DNA from: Octopus vulgaris
Lineage: Eukaryota
NCBI GenBank assembly: GCA_951406725.2
Contig: OX597816.1
Coordinates: 152,396,001-152,460,000, forward strand
Length of the DNA stretch: 64,000 nt
Direction of reading: 5' to 3'
Both the position numbers and the translations under genes were made by a program. Below are positions 1 through 11,955 of the stretch, piece after piece; position 1 is the stretch's first letter, and every line of letters starts with the position of its first letter. The notes under the pieces were generated by a model that searched no databases, was not told where the DNA came from, and saw only the letters and a program-made list of their open reading frames with translations.

Positions 1-588
1 TGATAAAAAGATGGTAGTTAGGGTGATGAAATGAGTTAAGCCACATGAGGGCAAGGATGGGCAGAAAGGGGCATCAAAGAAAGTAGGTGAGAGTGTGGGT
101 GGATCCAGAGAGAATCATTGAGGGGAAAGAGTTTTGTTAGGATCTTGGGGTAAGGCCAGAGGGGGAGGGGGTATGTTGGTGGTAGCATATGAGCTGTACA
201 GAGTGGACACTGAAGGAAAATGCGGCAGAGATTGGGATGATTGGAGTAGGGAGTGGATGGAAAATGGAAAGTATGTACAAGTAGAATGAAGAGGATAGAT
301 CAATAGATAGTACTAGTAAAGGATTTTGGTGGGGGGTTAGGGATGGGTGAGTGTGAGATGCAGGGTGGACCATTCATAATTTACACAATCCATAGATGGT
401 AGTGAGATATGAAATGGAGGGATATGAGTTGAAAGAATGAAAGTGACTAACAAGTAGATGAGATGGATCACCCAGGAGTGCAGAAGGTGGTGGCAAATAT
501 AGGCTTAGCAGGCATGCATATACATACACATAGAAAACAAGCATTAAATGATGATATATATATATGTTCCCTATATATATATATATAT

Positions 589-1436
589 TGGAAAAATAAA
601 AGTTGAAAATGCACTGAGACTAGTTAAAATATTTTTCATTAATATATTTGAAGCTTTTAAAGGGTTTCACATTTTACAATGATTTTCAAAAAGTTCAAAT
701 AGAAAGATTTGGCTTACGTCGCAGCTGTCTTGCCTCTAACTAGTGTTTGAAGTTTGCCCTGTTTTTATAGGGAGTTCATGGCTCAAATTAATATACATTT
801 TGAATAGGATTTGATTGGTAGAGAATAGTCACATGACTGGTCTTAGGAATTTTTGTAGGTTCCCTGCTATGTTCTTGTGTTAGTACCAAGTGACAATGTT
901 TGGTGTTGTAAGTTAAGGCTGACAGTTGACCAAACAAACAATGCAGTGAGTGTTTTCTGTCAAGTGTTTGTAGAGAATGAACACATTAACTTTATAACCT
1001 TCTATACATTTCCTATTATGTTCGTGCTTTAGTGTCATGTGACAGTATATTTTATATTAAAAAGCTTAGTGGGAGAGTGGACAGGAGTTGTTTATGTTGT
1101 CCAATGGCTAGTCAACTGTGTCAAACATTGTCACTTGATGCTAACACACAGAGGTAGCAGGGAACCTACAAAAATTTCTAAGACCAGTCATGTGACTATC
1201 CTCTACCAATCAAATCCTATTCAAAACATATACTAATTTGAACCCATGAACTCCCTATAAAAACAGGGCAAACTTCTAACACTAGTTAGAAGCAAGACAA
1301 CTGCGACATAAGCCAAATCTTTTTATTTGAACTTTTTGAAAATCAGTGTAAACTGTGAAACCCTTTGAAACTTCAAATATATTAATAAAAAATATTTTAA
1401 CTATTCTCAGTGCATTTTCAACTTCTATTTTTCCCA
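589..1436. mobile_element. Long foldback element A (arms ~589-900 and ~1124-1436) with a degenerate hammerhead-like core
   Basis: Left arm tggaaaaataaaagttgaaaatgcactgag... is the reverse complement of the right arm ...ctcagtgcattttcaacttctatttttccca. It follows a (TA)n tract. Motif TTGAAAA-t-CAGT-gtaa-ACTG-t-GAAAC at 1336-1361. Confidence 0.8.
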
Positions 1437-1533
1437 TCTATGTAGAATAAAATAACTGTTTTCTACACACACATTTTGAGTTAAATTTTTCCATTTTGTA
1501 TCTTCAAACATATACTATATACATACACACATG

Positions 1534-1564
<31 letters not shown>

Positions 1565-1565
<1 letters not shown>

Positions 1566-1735
1566 CATCATCGTTTAACGTCCGTTCTCCATGCTAGCAT
1601 GGGTTGGATGGTTCGACCGGGGATCTGGGAAGCCAGAAGGCTGCACCAGGCTCCAGTCTAATCTGGCAATGTTTCTACAGCTGGATGCCCTTCCTAACAC
1701 CAACCACTCCGTGAGTGTAGTGGGTGCTTTTTACG

Positions 1736-1740
<5 letters not shown>
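1565..1740 (-). mobile_element. 3' end of an RTE-type LINE or RTE-tailed SINE
   Basis: Reverse complement of the RTE 3'UTR at ~44640-44826 (ctggatgcccttcctaacaccaaccac), with a (CAT)n tail. Confidence 0.8.
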
Positions 1741-1803
<63 letters not shown>

Positions 1804-1826
1804 CACACACACACACACACACACAC
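1740..1826. repeat. (TA)n-(CA)n compound microsatellite
   Basis: Directly visible; it explains the spurious YIYI/THTH ORFs. Confidence 0.95.
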
Positions 1827-2252
1827 ATGTATGTGTCTCTACATCTGTGTGTTTGTGTAAATGGGTTTTTATATTCCTGTTGTTTTTTTACATGCATTTG
1901 TTGACTAGAAAAAACAGCCTTGCTATCAATATTGAGGTTGTGATTGCAGGTGATTGCAAAAACAGTTTCGTGTATCTTGACATGTTGCATGATCTTTATA
2001 AACAAAAGGACTTGAAATGGTGTCTGAGTTGGGTAATGATAGCCTAGGTAATTTGCTAGGATTGAAATGGATAAGGGTTAGCAACAGCAAGGATATCTGG
2101 TCAGAAAATCTGCCTCAATAAATTACATCTGCTCTATACAAGCATAAAAAACTAGAAGTTAAAATGACGACACAAACTAGCACGTGTGGAACTATGCCTA
2201 GGCATGTAACTGTGTGTATACATATATATATATATACACACACACACACAAA

Positions 2253-2483
2253 TTACCGAAGCCATAAATGTTCTCTTTGTACATGTCTATTTCCCATTTA
2301 TACACACATATGGTGTTTGATATACCTGTATTTGTCTCTCTCTCCACACACCCACACACACTTAACGGCCTTGAACATAATATCTGCCTCAGTATGTGTC
2401 ATCAGCATGACAATTGTCCTGCCTTACTGTAGCCAAGGGGCTTCTTAGACATACAAAAAAGAGAACATTTATTTCCTAGGTAA
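2253..2483. mobile_element. Short foldback element with a degenerate hammerhead-like core on the minus strand
   Basis: Inverted arms ~2253-2289 and ~2446-2483. Minus strand 2405->2364 reads CTGATGA-c-ACATA...TATGT-tcaa-GGCC-GTT. Confidence 0.55.
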
Positions 2484-2559
2484 CGTATGTGTGTATGTAT
2501 ATATTTGTATCCTGCCAAACTTATGTATCCATATAGAGATTCCAGCTATCACTACCATC

Positions 2560-3170
2560 ATTTTAATGCACCTTTTGCCATGAGCTGTTGGGTCTTCTGC
2601 AGCACCACATATCATCAATCAATATGGTTCTTTGACATCTCCAAGGTGCAACATCTTCAGGTCAGCCTTTACCAATTCATCCCATGTCTTTCTCGATTTC
2701 CTTCTTTCTTGGGTTTCTCTAACTTGGAGTGCATGGCACTTCCTTATGCAGCAACCATCCTCCATATGTATCTCATGCCCATACCAATGCAATTTTCTCT
2801 CTTGCACCCTACATTTGACTTCTGTTACACCCAGTTTTTTTTTTCTCAGCTCATTTGTACTATGGTGATTATGCATGTTGACATCCATTGGGGTGAGCTT
2901 GCTTCATTTCTTTCTAGCCTTCACAAATCTTCTGTATTCAGTACTCACATCTTACTACCATGCATCATTGCAATTCAAACATAAGCATCAAAGAATCTGC
3001 CCTTCACTATAAAGAGGAAAGTGTTTGTTGCCTGCAGAAGTAATTGCTTTGTCAACATTTTCTAATCTATTACCCCATCTACTGCACTTTTGAATTGAAG
3101 TACAATCAACCCAACAAGCTTCTGAGCAGTTTCTATCTACTCAATTTTACTCACAAACTTTGAGTTGACT
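2560..3170 (-). mobile_element. Degenerate RTE-clade LINE fragment
   Basis: ORF 2619-2888 (VQERKLHWYGH...CIRKCHAL...KTWDELVK) parallels the C-terminus of the RTE ORF at 43158-44228. Confidence 0.85.
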
Positions 3171-3242
3171 CATGGTGGTGAAGTGAACTTAGACCATACT
3201 ACATCTACATAGGTATACATCCATTTATAAACATTGTATGCA

Positions 3243-3286
<44 letters not shown>

Positions 3287-3311
3287 CATACATACATACA
3301 CACACACACAT

Positions 3312-3572
3312 ATACTCAATATGACACTTCTGCCTCCAGTAGGATGTCATAGTTATCAGATGGCAATTGAGAAGAATCAAGACTTTTCCAAAGTTAGCAT
3401 GCCATAAAGGGAAAGGACAAAATACACCAACACACCTATAATATATATGTGTGTGTGTATATATATATATACACACACACACACAGACACACATAACTAA
3501 TTCATATTATAGGTGTGTTTGTGCATGTGTATCTTGTCCTTTTTCTTTATAGCATGCCAACTTTGGAGAAGT
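3312..3572. mobile_element. Foldback element with a microsatellite loop, related to the 2253-2483 element
   Basis: Arms ~3382-3444 and ~3504-3572. Minus strand CTGATAA (3359-3353) is followed by the stem TATGACA/TGTCATA. Shares ctgcctc(c)agta...atg(a/g)caattg with ~2384-2416. Confidence 0.55.
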
Positions 3573-4181
3573 ATGTACACACACACACACCTACACACAA
3601 ATATATTCCAGGCCTTGATGTACATGGTGCAAATAATAATTTTATTTTTATATATAAATAAATAAATTTATGAATTGCTGTATATCTAATTCATCCATTT
3701 GTCTTTAATGTTTTTCTATGCCAGCAAGAGTTGGGTGAATAAATATTGATAAATTGTTTTACAGCTTGAGGCACTTCCTGTCACTAATGCCTTAACTGAT
3801 TTTTCACTAATAGAATTGTCAAAAGTGCACAAATATAACCCACCCAATTTTTTTTTCTCTCTCAATGCTTGATACAAGTACATGGAATACAAACTTATGC
3901 AGATTTACATATACATGTGTGTGTCTGTATGTATGCATGTGTATGTTTTAAACAATGAAAACCTGAATGGCTGTACATGTTTTTGTTGAAGATTTTGAAC
4001 AAATGACACTGTATCAAGTTAGTTTTTTCACTTGGCTCACTCCTGAGACCTGTGATTGAAGACACCAGCCAACAGTACCACATAGTGAGAATGAACATCT
4101 TAATAATACAGTCATGCCTGCACATATACACACACAGTCTGATACATACAGATGCATGCATGCATACATACATATATACAG

Positions 4182-5058
4182 ACAAGAGGGAATATCCAAA
4201 AGTAACTGGAGATGTTTTCTGTGGGATAAGCCTGTTGTATGTAGTTTATGCTTCTGCTGCTTGAAGCCACTTGCTGCAACCCTCAGGCATCAGTCTGCTG
4301 ATCGGTGTCATTAGCTGAAGTTGTACTGCCACATGATGTGTCTTTGTTTTGCAGTGCTTCCCTGTTCGTTGATTTTTGTGATGACTGAAATGAAGGAACA
4401 GCATGCTTTTGTGAAATTGTGTTTTCTGCTGGGGGAAATGGTGGCTGAAACAGTTTCATGCTTCAAACAGTTTACAAAGCTGCTACCAGGAGCAAAATAC
4501 AAGTTTACGAATGGTTTTCATTCTTTAAGAATAGTCACTTGTTACTTAAAGACCAACCTCATTCAGGGTGTCTGTCGACCTCCTGAATGAATGAAAACTT
4601 CACAAAATTCACGGACTGATCTTGGAGGACCGTCCTTGAACAACTGAACTTGTTGACATGATTGGTGTGTCCTGGAACTCCTGCCAACGAATTTTGAGTG
4701 AGGAATTGTGAATAGAAAATAGTTGTAGCAAAATTTATGCCTCTTTTGCTCACTGAAGATCAAAAGCAGTCACAACTGAATGTGTCATGAACTGAAAGAA
4801 CAGTTGGAAGTTGATCCAGACCTTTCGAAGGTGATCGCTGGTGATGAAAGCTGGTGCTACAGACTTGCAGATGTGGAAGTGGTGAAGAAAACAATGATTG
4901 AGGCATTAAAAGGCATCACTTCGCAAGAGTTCCAGTACTGCTTCAGACAGTGCAAAATGCATCTGGACTGATGTATTGCTTCAAATGGAGAATACTTTGA
5001 AGGCAATGTGTAAACATGTAAAATTAAGTGAATTAAATAACATTGCTAAATTCCTCGT
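4182..5058 (+). mobile_element. Decayed mariner-like transposon
   Basis: Transposase remnants EQHAFVKLCFLLGEMVAET, KVIAGDESWCY (first catalytic D motif) and a terminal EYFEG; internally deleted and frameshifted. Confidence 0.8.
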
Positions 5059-5073
5059 GTGTGTGTGTGTGTG

Positions 5074-5150
<77 letters not shown>

Positions 5151-5264
5151 GAGTATACAGTGTAGTATAGTTTTCATGAAGACTTGTCTGAAATGTATAT
5201 ACATACATTTTTAATTAGGAGAGTATTGTTCTTCGCTTGAAGCATTGTATATTGGTTGTAAAGA

Positions 5265-5556
5265 ATAAAAAGTTTTGAATGGTACAACAATGCACTATAA
5301 TACAAACAATGGACTATAATAACTGTTGTGATTTAGTCATCCATAGTCTGATGAGATTTCGGAATAAAATTCTTGCTTCAGATATTCTTAGATGGAGTTG
5401 CTGCTATAATTGGTTTATAGTAACGACTCCATCTAAGAATATCTGAAGAAGGAATTTTATTCCAAAATCTCATCAGACTATGGATGACTAAATTACAATA
5501 AGTATATAGTCCATTGTTTGTATTATAGTGCATTGTTGTACCATTCAAAATTTTAT
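5265..5556. mobile_element. Near-perfect palindrome B (~145-bp arms, centre ~5411) with a hammerhead-like core
   Basis: Arms are directly complementary. Arm consensus CTGAAGA-a-GGAAT-ttt-ATTCC-GAAA (5443-5467 on +, mirror copy ~5357-5381). Confidence 0.85.
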
Positions 5557-5571
5557 ATTTTTAATTATTTT

Positions 5572-5877
5572 TTTTAACCCCAAACAATGCAAATTATAAA
5601 AAAATAACAAAGGTCACTGCTTAAGACTTTTACCTGGTATTTCAATATTTCTTGATTAGAATCCATTCTTCAGGAAGTCTATAGGGAAAAAATGTTAGTT
5701 GCATTCTCTTGTCATATACACAACAAAGTAGAGAAATCTAACAACATCTTTTCTTTGAAGACTTCCTGAAGAAGGGGTCCTAACCATGAAATATTGAAAT
5801 ACCAAGTAAAAGTACTAACCATTGACCTTTGTTATTAATTTTTTTTTAACTTCATTGTTTTGGGTTTGAAAAAAAAT
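5572..5877. mobile_element. Palindrome C with a hammerhead-like core
   Basis: Imperfect complementary arms. acttc-CTGAAGA-aggggtcctaaccat-GAAA-t-ATT-gaaat at 5761-5800. Confidence 0.8.
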
Positions 5878-7539
5878 GATCTAATGCATTACATATATAT
5901 AATTACTATATCATAACCTAGTATTTTATCTTTGAAAACATGACAAATCATTGTCACTTGAACTATATTTTGTTACCCTATCTATTAAATCTAGCTGGAA
6001 ACCATTTAGTAAACACTAACACACATCTGATGAGGATTTTTAAATTTCATTCACACCAATTCGACTTTTTCATGACACAACTAAATTCTATGGAGTCTAG
6101 AATATTTTAAAATTATGACTAGTTTTTCCTTGGCTTGTGGGTTTAAGGCTTGTATACATGTAGTGCTGTATAAATGAAGATATACTATTTATTTTTAGTA
6201 TTGACTTTATTTGTTTTTGTTATGGAAATTTAGCATTAATATTCTTAATAGAACTAAAGAAAGATTTATGACGAAATAACATCAGTAGCCTGACAAAGCC
6301 AAGTTAATGTGTAGAGTATTAAACTTTATTGCAGTAGTAATTTTTACACCAAAAGAGGTATTGGTATTATAATTGAGCTGCTTTCTTGAAGACACAGCAT
6401 TTAGTAATATTGTTTTTTAACTGCTATACACTATTCCTTACCATTAAACCATTACACATTATAAAACAAAGTTTTCTTGATATTTTTAAATAGCTTTTTT
6501 TTTGTTTTTGTGTGCACCACTGCCAAATGTCTCAAGTTAGTAGACCATGAAGTCTACCAGGTTATTTCTTGATAATTTAGAAACATTTTCTACATTCAAC
6601 ATTTTTTTCCTGCAACCTAAGGTTTTTTAGTCTTTTGATCGTTGGTGTACAGTGTTGTTGCATAAAAATGTTGATATTGGTGTGAACACTTCAGTATTTT
6701 AATTTTTAAAATACCACTAGCAGTAAATCATGTATTCAGGAACTTAAATCTCTGCCAGCTGCTGTGAAATGTTCAGGTATTAAATCTCAATTGTATAAAG
6801 ATTTTAACATTTTATACTTCCGTGACTCTTGTTGCTTTTGAAGTGATTGAACATAATTTTATATAATTGTCTATGGAACATTTTTTGTCAATTCACTATT
6901 TTATGCATGTTTCTTTGAAATTTTTTACAGGTTTGTATTTGCAGTAAAGCTCTCTAAATATAATTTTTGCTCAAAATAATATTACTTTGTTTTTTTACTA
7001 TTGAAATAGAACATGAAGTGTTTATATTTTACTTGCAATTAGCGGACATTAGTTCTGATATAATTTTTATACATCACTCAAACTGTCTAGCTGATTCTGT
7101 AAATGCTAAATTATGTAAGGTTTGTATGCTTAAATAAGTAATAATTGTTCTATAATTATCACTGAGTGATGACTTAAATCTTATGATCTATTTATAGTTC
7201 ATGATTGCTGATCAGTTATAGAGATCTATTTTTGTACAAATATGTTAAATATGAACTATAAAATAAAAAGAATTTGTGGGTGACAGCAAGATAAACTCAA
7301 GGGAGATTAGATGTATAAAAGTAGTTGAAGTTTAATATTTTGTAACTATCAAATAATATAAAAAGTTTATAGAATCCTCCAAGTGGGAATATGACAATGG
7401 AAATTTAAAAAAAAACAACAAAAAACCCCCACTTTGGTTGATGGAAATAAATTTATTACTTATTAATGTGGTTATTTGACATTTTATTCAGTCTTATTGA
7501 TTGTAGAGTTTATACAAAATTTGAAGTAAATTTTATGAT

Positions 7540-7905
7540 GGGTATGGTTGGGTGGTTAAGAAGCTTGCTGCCCAACTGGGTTCAGTCTTGCTGTGACACC
7601 CTGGGCAAGTGTCTTTTATAATGCTGGGTTGACCAAACCCTTGTGAGTGGATTTAAAAGATTCCCATCATATATGTGTTTGTGTGTAGGACTTCTTATCT
7701 TGATATCATGTGATGATTGTAGACAAGCATCACTGTTATACAATGTTTGCTTTTAGTCTTCCATGGAAAACGTATCTGGCTATGGAGAAATATTACCTGG
7801 CTTGGAATAGGTATGGGTTGGTAACAAGGACGACATCTAGTTGAAAATCTGTCAACAAATTCTGTCTGATCCATAGAAAAAGTTGACATTAAATGTTGAT
7901 GGGGA
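7540..7905 (+). mobile_element. Decayed tRNA-derived SINE with an RTE-like tail
   Basis: ggttaagaagcttgct...ctgggcaagtgtctt...ccttgtgagtggattt matches the SINE at 47946-48086. Confidence 0.65.
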
Positions 7906-9336
7906 TATAGTCTTCTTTGTTTATTAGTTTAAATATTTTTTGAAGCTAAGTACTGTAAATGTAGTAGGTTTGTTGCCCATAAATTATAACAATAAGTGCT
8001 AACAGCTGAATTCTTTTTTTTTCTTTTTTTTAAAGATCCACAGTGAATTTTCTGCCATTCTCACTGGTATACAACAATTGTATCAAAACTATTGATCTGA
8101 TTTATTCACTTGATATACATATTGCTTTTCAGCTAATCAGGAGTGATGTTTCATCATTATGCCACTTTCTACTGTTCGTTAACATGTTTCAGTCCTTCAC
8201 TTTCAGGTCCCTATAAATCAGTTGAGCTTTAGATTTCCTTATTTAACTTGATTGTATAGGAGATAATTGATTTGTTTCAATTTTTTTTTGTCTTACTTTT
8301 GGTAAATGCTAATACTTCTTTTATGAAGAAAATAGTTTTTAATGAATTTTAGTTTGATTTAAAGGGACTTTTGTGTATTTGTGAAAACTACAAGCATTTA
8401 GTATCATTTAGCAACTTTCAATGTTAGACAAAATGACTTTTGTATATTTGTGAAAATTACAAAGCTTTAGCACTGGGTCAGGCCTAATCAAGCTTTCTGG
8501 CTGTGACCATCTTGTCATTTTGTATATTGGGGACTATATGTTAAAAGGAAATGTTTGTATTTGAGGCTAAGCATGTAACTATGCATGTATATGAGAGAGA
8601 TTTCTATCAACCAAATTGTGTTCATAAGAAACTTTCAAATTCCTAATTTTCACTTAAATGTTATATTTTTTTGGAGATAGCTAGGTTGGGAGGGCAAGAA
8701 ATTTAGAAATGTCATTCTAATTATTACACATGGGGGTTTCAGTTATCATATGAAAACTAAACTGCTGATTGCTCATGACATCTTCTGTTTGGGGATCTAA
8801 AGAATATACTAACTACCAGCAAAACTGGACTTCTTACAGTCAGCTGGCAATAACAGGCCATTTGCACAGAAACTGAATATAAAACAAATCAAAAAGGATA
8901 AGGTGTGCATGTGTCAGATGTTTATCAATTTATAGATTTTGAATTATGTTACTACTGTGAGATGTCTTACTGAAACAATAGTAAATAGCAAACAACATAT
9001 TCCAAAATGCCAAGTATGCAATGAAATAGAATAGTTTGGATTTGGCAGCTTAGAAAACAATAGTGTTTTTTTGTTTTTTTATAAACTCTTAAGAATTGTA
9101 ACTATTTGAGCTTGTTATAATTCTTTCATGTTAAATATTCAAGTTGACACACATAGACACACTTTTCATATTTATGAAATATTTTCTTTCAGCAATCATT
9201 CCAATTCTGTCAGAAGTAATTTCTGTAACAGTAATTTGTTTTCCTCTGTTTGCATTTATTTTCAGTAAAATTTCTGTTGTGTTTTTTTTTTTTTTTATCT
9301 TTGCTTTATATTAATTGGAAATTTGTTTCAATATAG

Positions 9337-9511
9337 GTGTACTTCCTTGCGGAATATCCGTGACAATGAAGAAAAGGATTCTGCTTTCCGTGGAGTGTGT
9401 AACATGATAAATGTGAACCCAGCTGGTGTTGTACAAGATTTCATTTTCTTCTGTGATGCTGTTGCCTCTTGGGTGCACCCCAAACATGACCTTAAAGAAA
9501 TGTTCTACAAG
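9337..9511 (+). CDS. TNPO1: Transportin (karyopherin beta-2), penultimate coding exon
   Basis: AG/GT bounded; encodes (W)[58 protein letters not shown], near-identical to the metazoan transportin C-terminus. Confidence 0.95.
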
Positions 9512-10088
9512 GTGAATTTCTTTATTGATCATTTCAATTTATTTGTTTGGTTGTGTGTACATTTCTTGTAAGGAATATTTGCAAGTGAACTTTTAGAACA
9601 TGTGTTTTTATAGCTAGATGTCCAATCTAACAGTCTGTAAATTATGAAGAGGAAGTTGTTTTCAGCTAATAGACTGCTTTATGCAGGTAAATTATCTTCA
9701 TCTGGGTACTTAAGCTCTTATAGTTAATTGTATAAGACCTAAATTTAAGAAAGTTTTTTAAAGTAACCAAGTAGTTGATGCATGCAGTTCCAATTTTTGT
9801 GCTTCTAAACAAGATACTTGATTTCATTTTAAATTTCAAATATTTTTCTGAGTAAGCCACTTAATTGTACATCTTAAAGTTCACTGAATTGTTTAATAAG
9901 TATCAGATCTTCAGAGAATGTCACATACCTAAGATAAACTTGCTAATTTTGGAGGTGTGAACACCTCAACCATTTATGAGATCTTTGTGGTTTGTGAACC
10001 GATGGATGCACACTCATGTATATCTAATTTATAATTTACATTTATTTGCATTAAATATGTATTGCTTTTGTTTACATTTTTAAATCAG

Positions 10089-10196
10089 ATTCTTCATGGA
10101 TTCAAGCAACAAGTTGGAGATGAGAATTGGTCCAAGTTTTCAGACCAGTTTCCACAACCTCTTAGAGAGCGACTTGCTGTTAATTATGGAGTTTGA
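10089..10196 (+). CDS. TNPO1: Transportin last coding exon
   Basis: After the tcag acceptor: [35 protein letters not shown]-stop. Donor G|gtatgt at 10221/10222 in the 3'UTR. Confidence 0.95.
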   Translation: MLHGFKQQVGDENWSKFSDQFPQPLRERLAVNYGV

Positions 10197-10450
10197 TTAT
10201 CTAGGTTGCTCACCAAGGATGGTATGTATTTAATAACTTATTTGCATGTCAGTGAATAAATGTATACTATTTATGATCAGATTCATAAATATAGCAGCCT
10301 AATGAGGCTATAAAATAATTTATCAAGGAAAGTAAAAATTACTAATAATTAATAGATTTTGATTTTTAAAAAAAATGTTCTCAAAACTTGTACAGTAATT
10401 CAGCAACAGTAATATTACTGGTAAAGTTAATGAATAATAGTATATTGCTA

Positions 10451-11433
10451 CTAGCAGTATCGCCCGGCGTTGCTAGGGTTTGTTTCGACCCTTTAGAATT
10501 GGAATTTTCGAAAAGTAAAAATTTTGCATTATGTAGCTTGTTATTTTAAGTGAACATTTTTCTGGTTGAAATACACCGAAAAATGGCGACACAGCAGTAA
10601 AAAAATCGTAAAAAATAGGGATTTTTTTATGTAAATAATTTTTGGTGTTAACATGGTCCGATATGAATTTTTTCTTCTACGGAAGGAAGAGCAAGCTTTC
10701 TTCTATCATACTCTTCAATTTTGGTCAACTTGCACCGCAGGGTCTTGGAGGAGATACTGTTAGTTGAAGGCTACCAAACCTGCCATACAAAGACAACTTC
10801 AGCTTTATATATATATATTTTTGTTGATCAAATAATTGCATTGTTGAATTATTCTTTTAGATCAGTATTTCTCAACGGGGATTTCAGGGGAGAGTTTCAG
10901 GGAGTCGCTGGCGATGTATCGTGATGATCAAAAATCCGGCCTGCTAAAATTTGGTTAAAGTGATTCAAACTGCAGACTCAACGCAAAATGGTCACATTTA
11001 ATTCAAAGCGTTAAAAATGTTATGAAAACAATTGGTATGTGTTCACAAAGTCCAAACGATTAATACGAAAAAACCCTCCAGGCTACATCCCGAAAATTCA
11101 TTTCTTTGCCGAATTTCTACAATGTTTACGGCGATTCTTTTTTATATCTTGATTTTTTATTTTTCACGCAATTTACGCATGCTTGCACACGTGGTGAACA
11201 GAGTTCACATCAAACAGCTGACTGAGTAAAGTTCACTATTCAATGCATGGGATAAGGCCTAAACAAACACATTATCGATTTTTGCACTTGCGAGATGAAT
11301 TTCGGAACAGAAATAACGCAGTTCAAGTTTCATTCACCTAAACTTTGTGACCCATTTTTGGTGGTTCTACGATTTGTTGGCTAGGAGATGTGCCGGGAAG
11401 TTAGACACACAAGTTGAGTTTTATATATATAGA
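10451..11433 (-). mobile_element. Non-autonomous Helitron-type element (possibly two stacked units)
   Basis: On the minus strand: 5' A|TCTATATATATAAAA at 11433 and a 3' GC hairpin (cccggcgttgctaggg) then CTAG|T at 10451. A second 5'-end-like tract lies near 10805-10820. Confidence 0.7.
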
Positions 11434-11955
11434 TATCTAGTAAATTTGATGGTAGGATTTGATTTTATAATACATTAGTATCACATAATGACTGATTTTG
11501 AAATATAAGCTTTTCTGAATACAACTACAATTTGATAAACATCACAACCTTTTTGTATGTTTTGTGTATTTGCTAATTTAGTGTCTAACTCTGAATAGTG
11601 TTTCTGGAATATTACAAATACATAGAGACGTTTACAATACAAACTCATCACTACATATTATGTTATTGGATGTGGCTATTGAATACTGTTAATGGATCTT
11701 TGAAAATGTGTATCTTATGGGTGTTTTTCTGTCAAAGAAATTTGAAAATCTTAAATATTAACAATGTCTTAGGTGCTAAATCAATTTTTATACATGATGT
11801 TAAATTTCAATAGCATAGGTAATGTTATCTTTTCGCTGACTATTCACTTGTCTTGATTGAGGCCGAAATCAACAAATTTGGATTGAATATGAGAAAGATC
11901 TTCTCTTTCTTTAAGATACAAAATGTCTGATGGTTTCTTTTCTTTTTCTTTTCAG

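Noticed and set aside
1591-5208. Many ORFs rich in YI/CV/TH dipeptides
   Set aside because: They are translations of (TA)n, (CA)n and (TG)n microsatellites.
6028-6060. CTGATGAG motif
   Set aside because: No downstream GAAA core or pairing stems.
10194-10221. Possible stop-codon readthrough of TNPO1
   Set aside because: The context TGA-TTA is not the leaky TGA-CTA motif, and the spliced extension would stop after about 12 codons.
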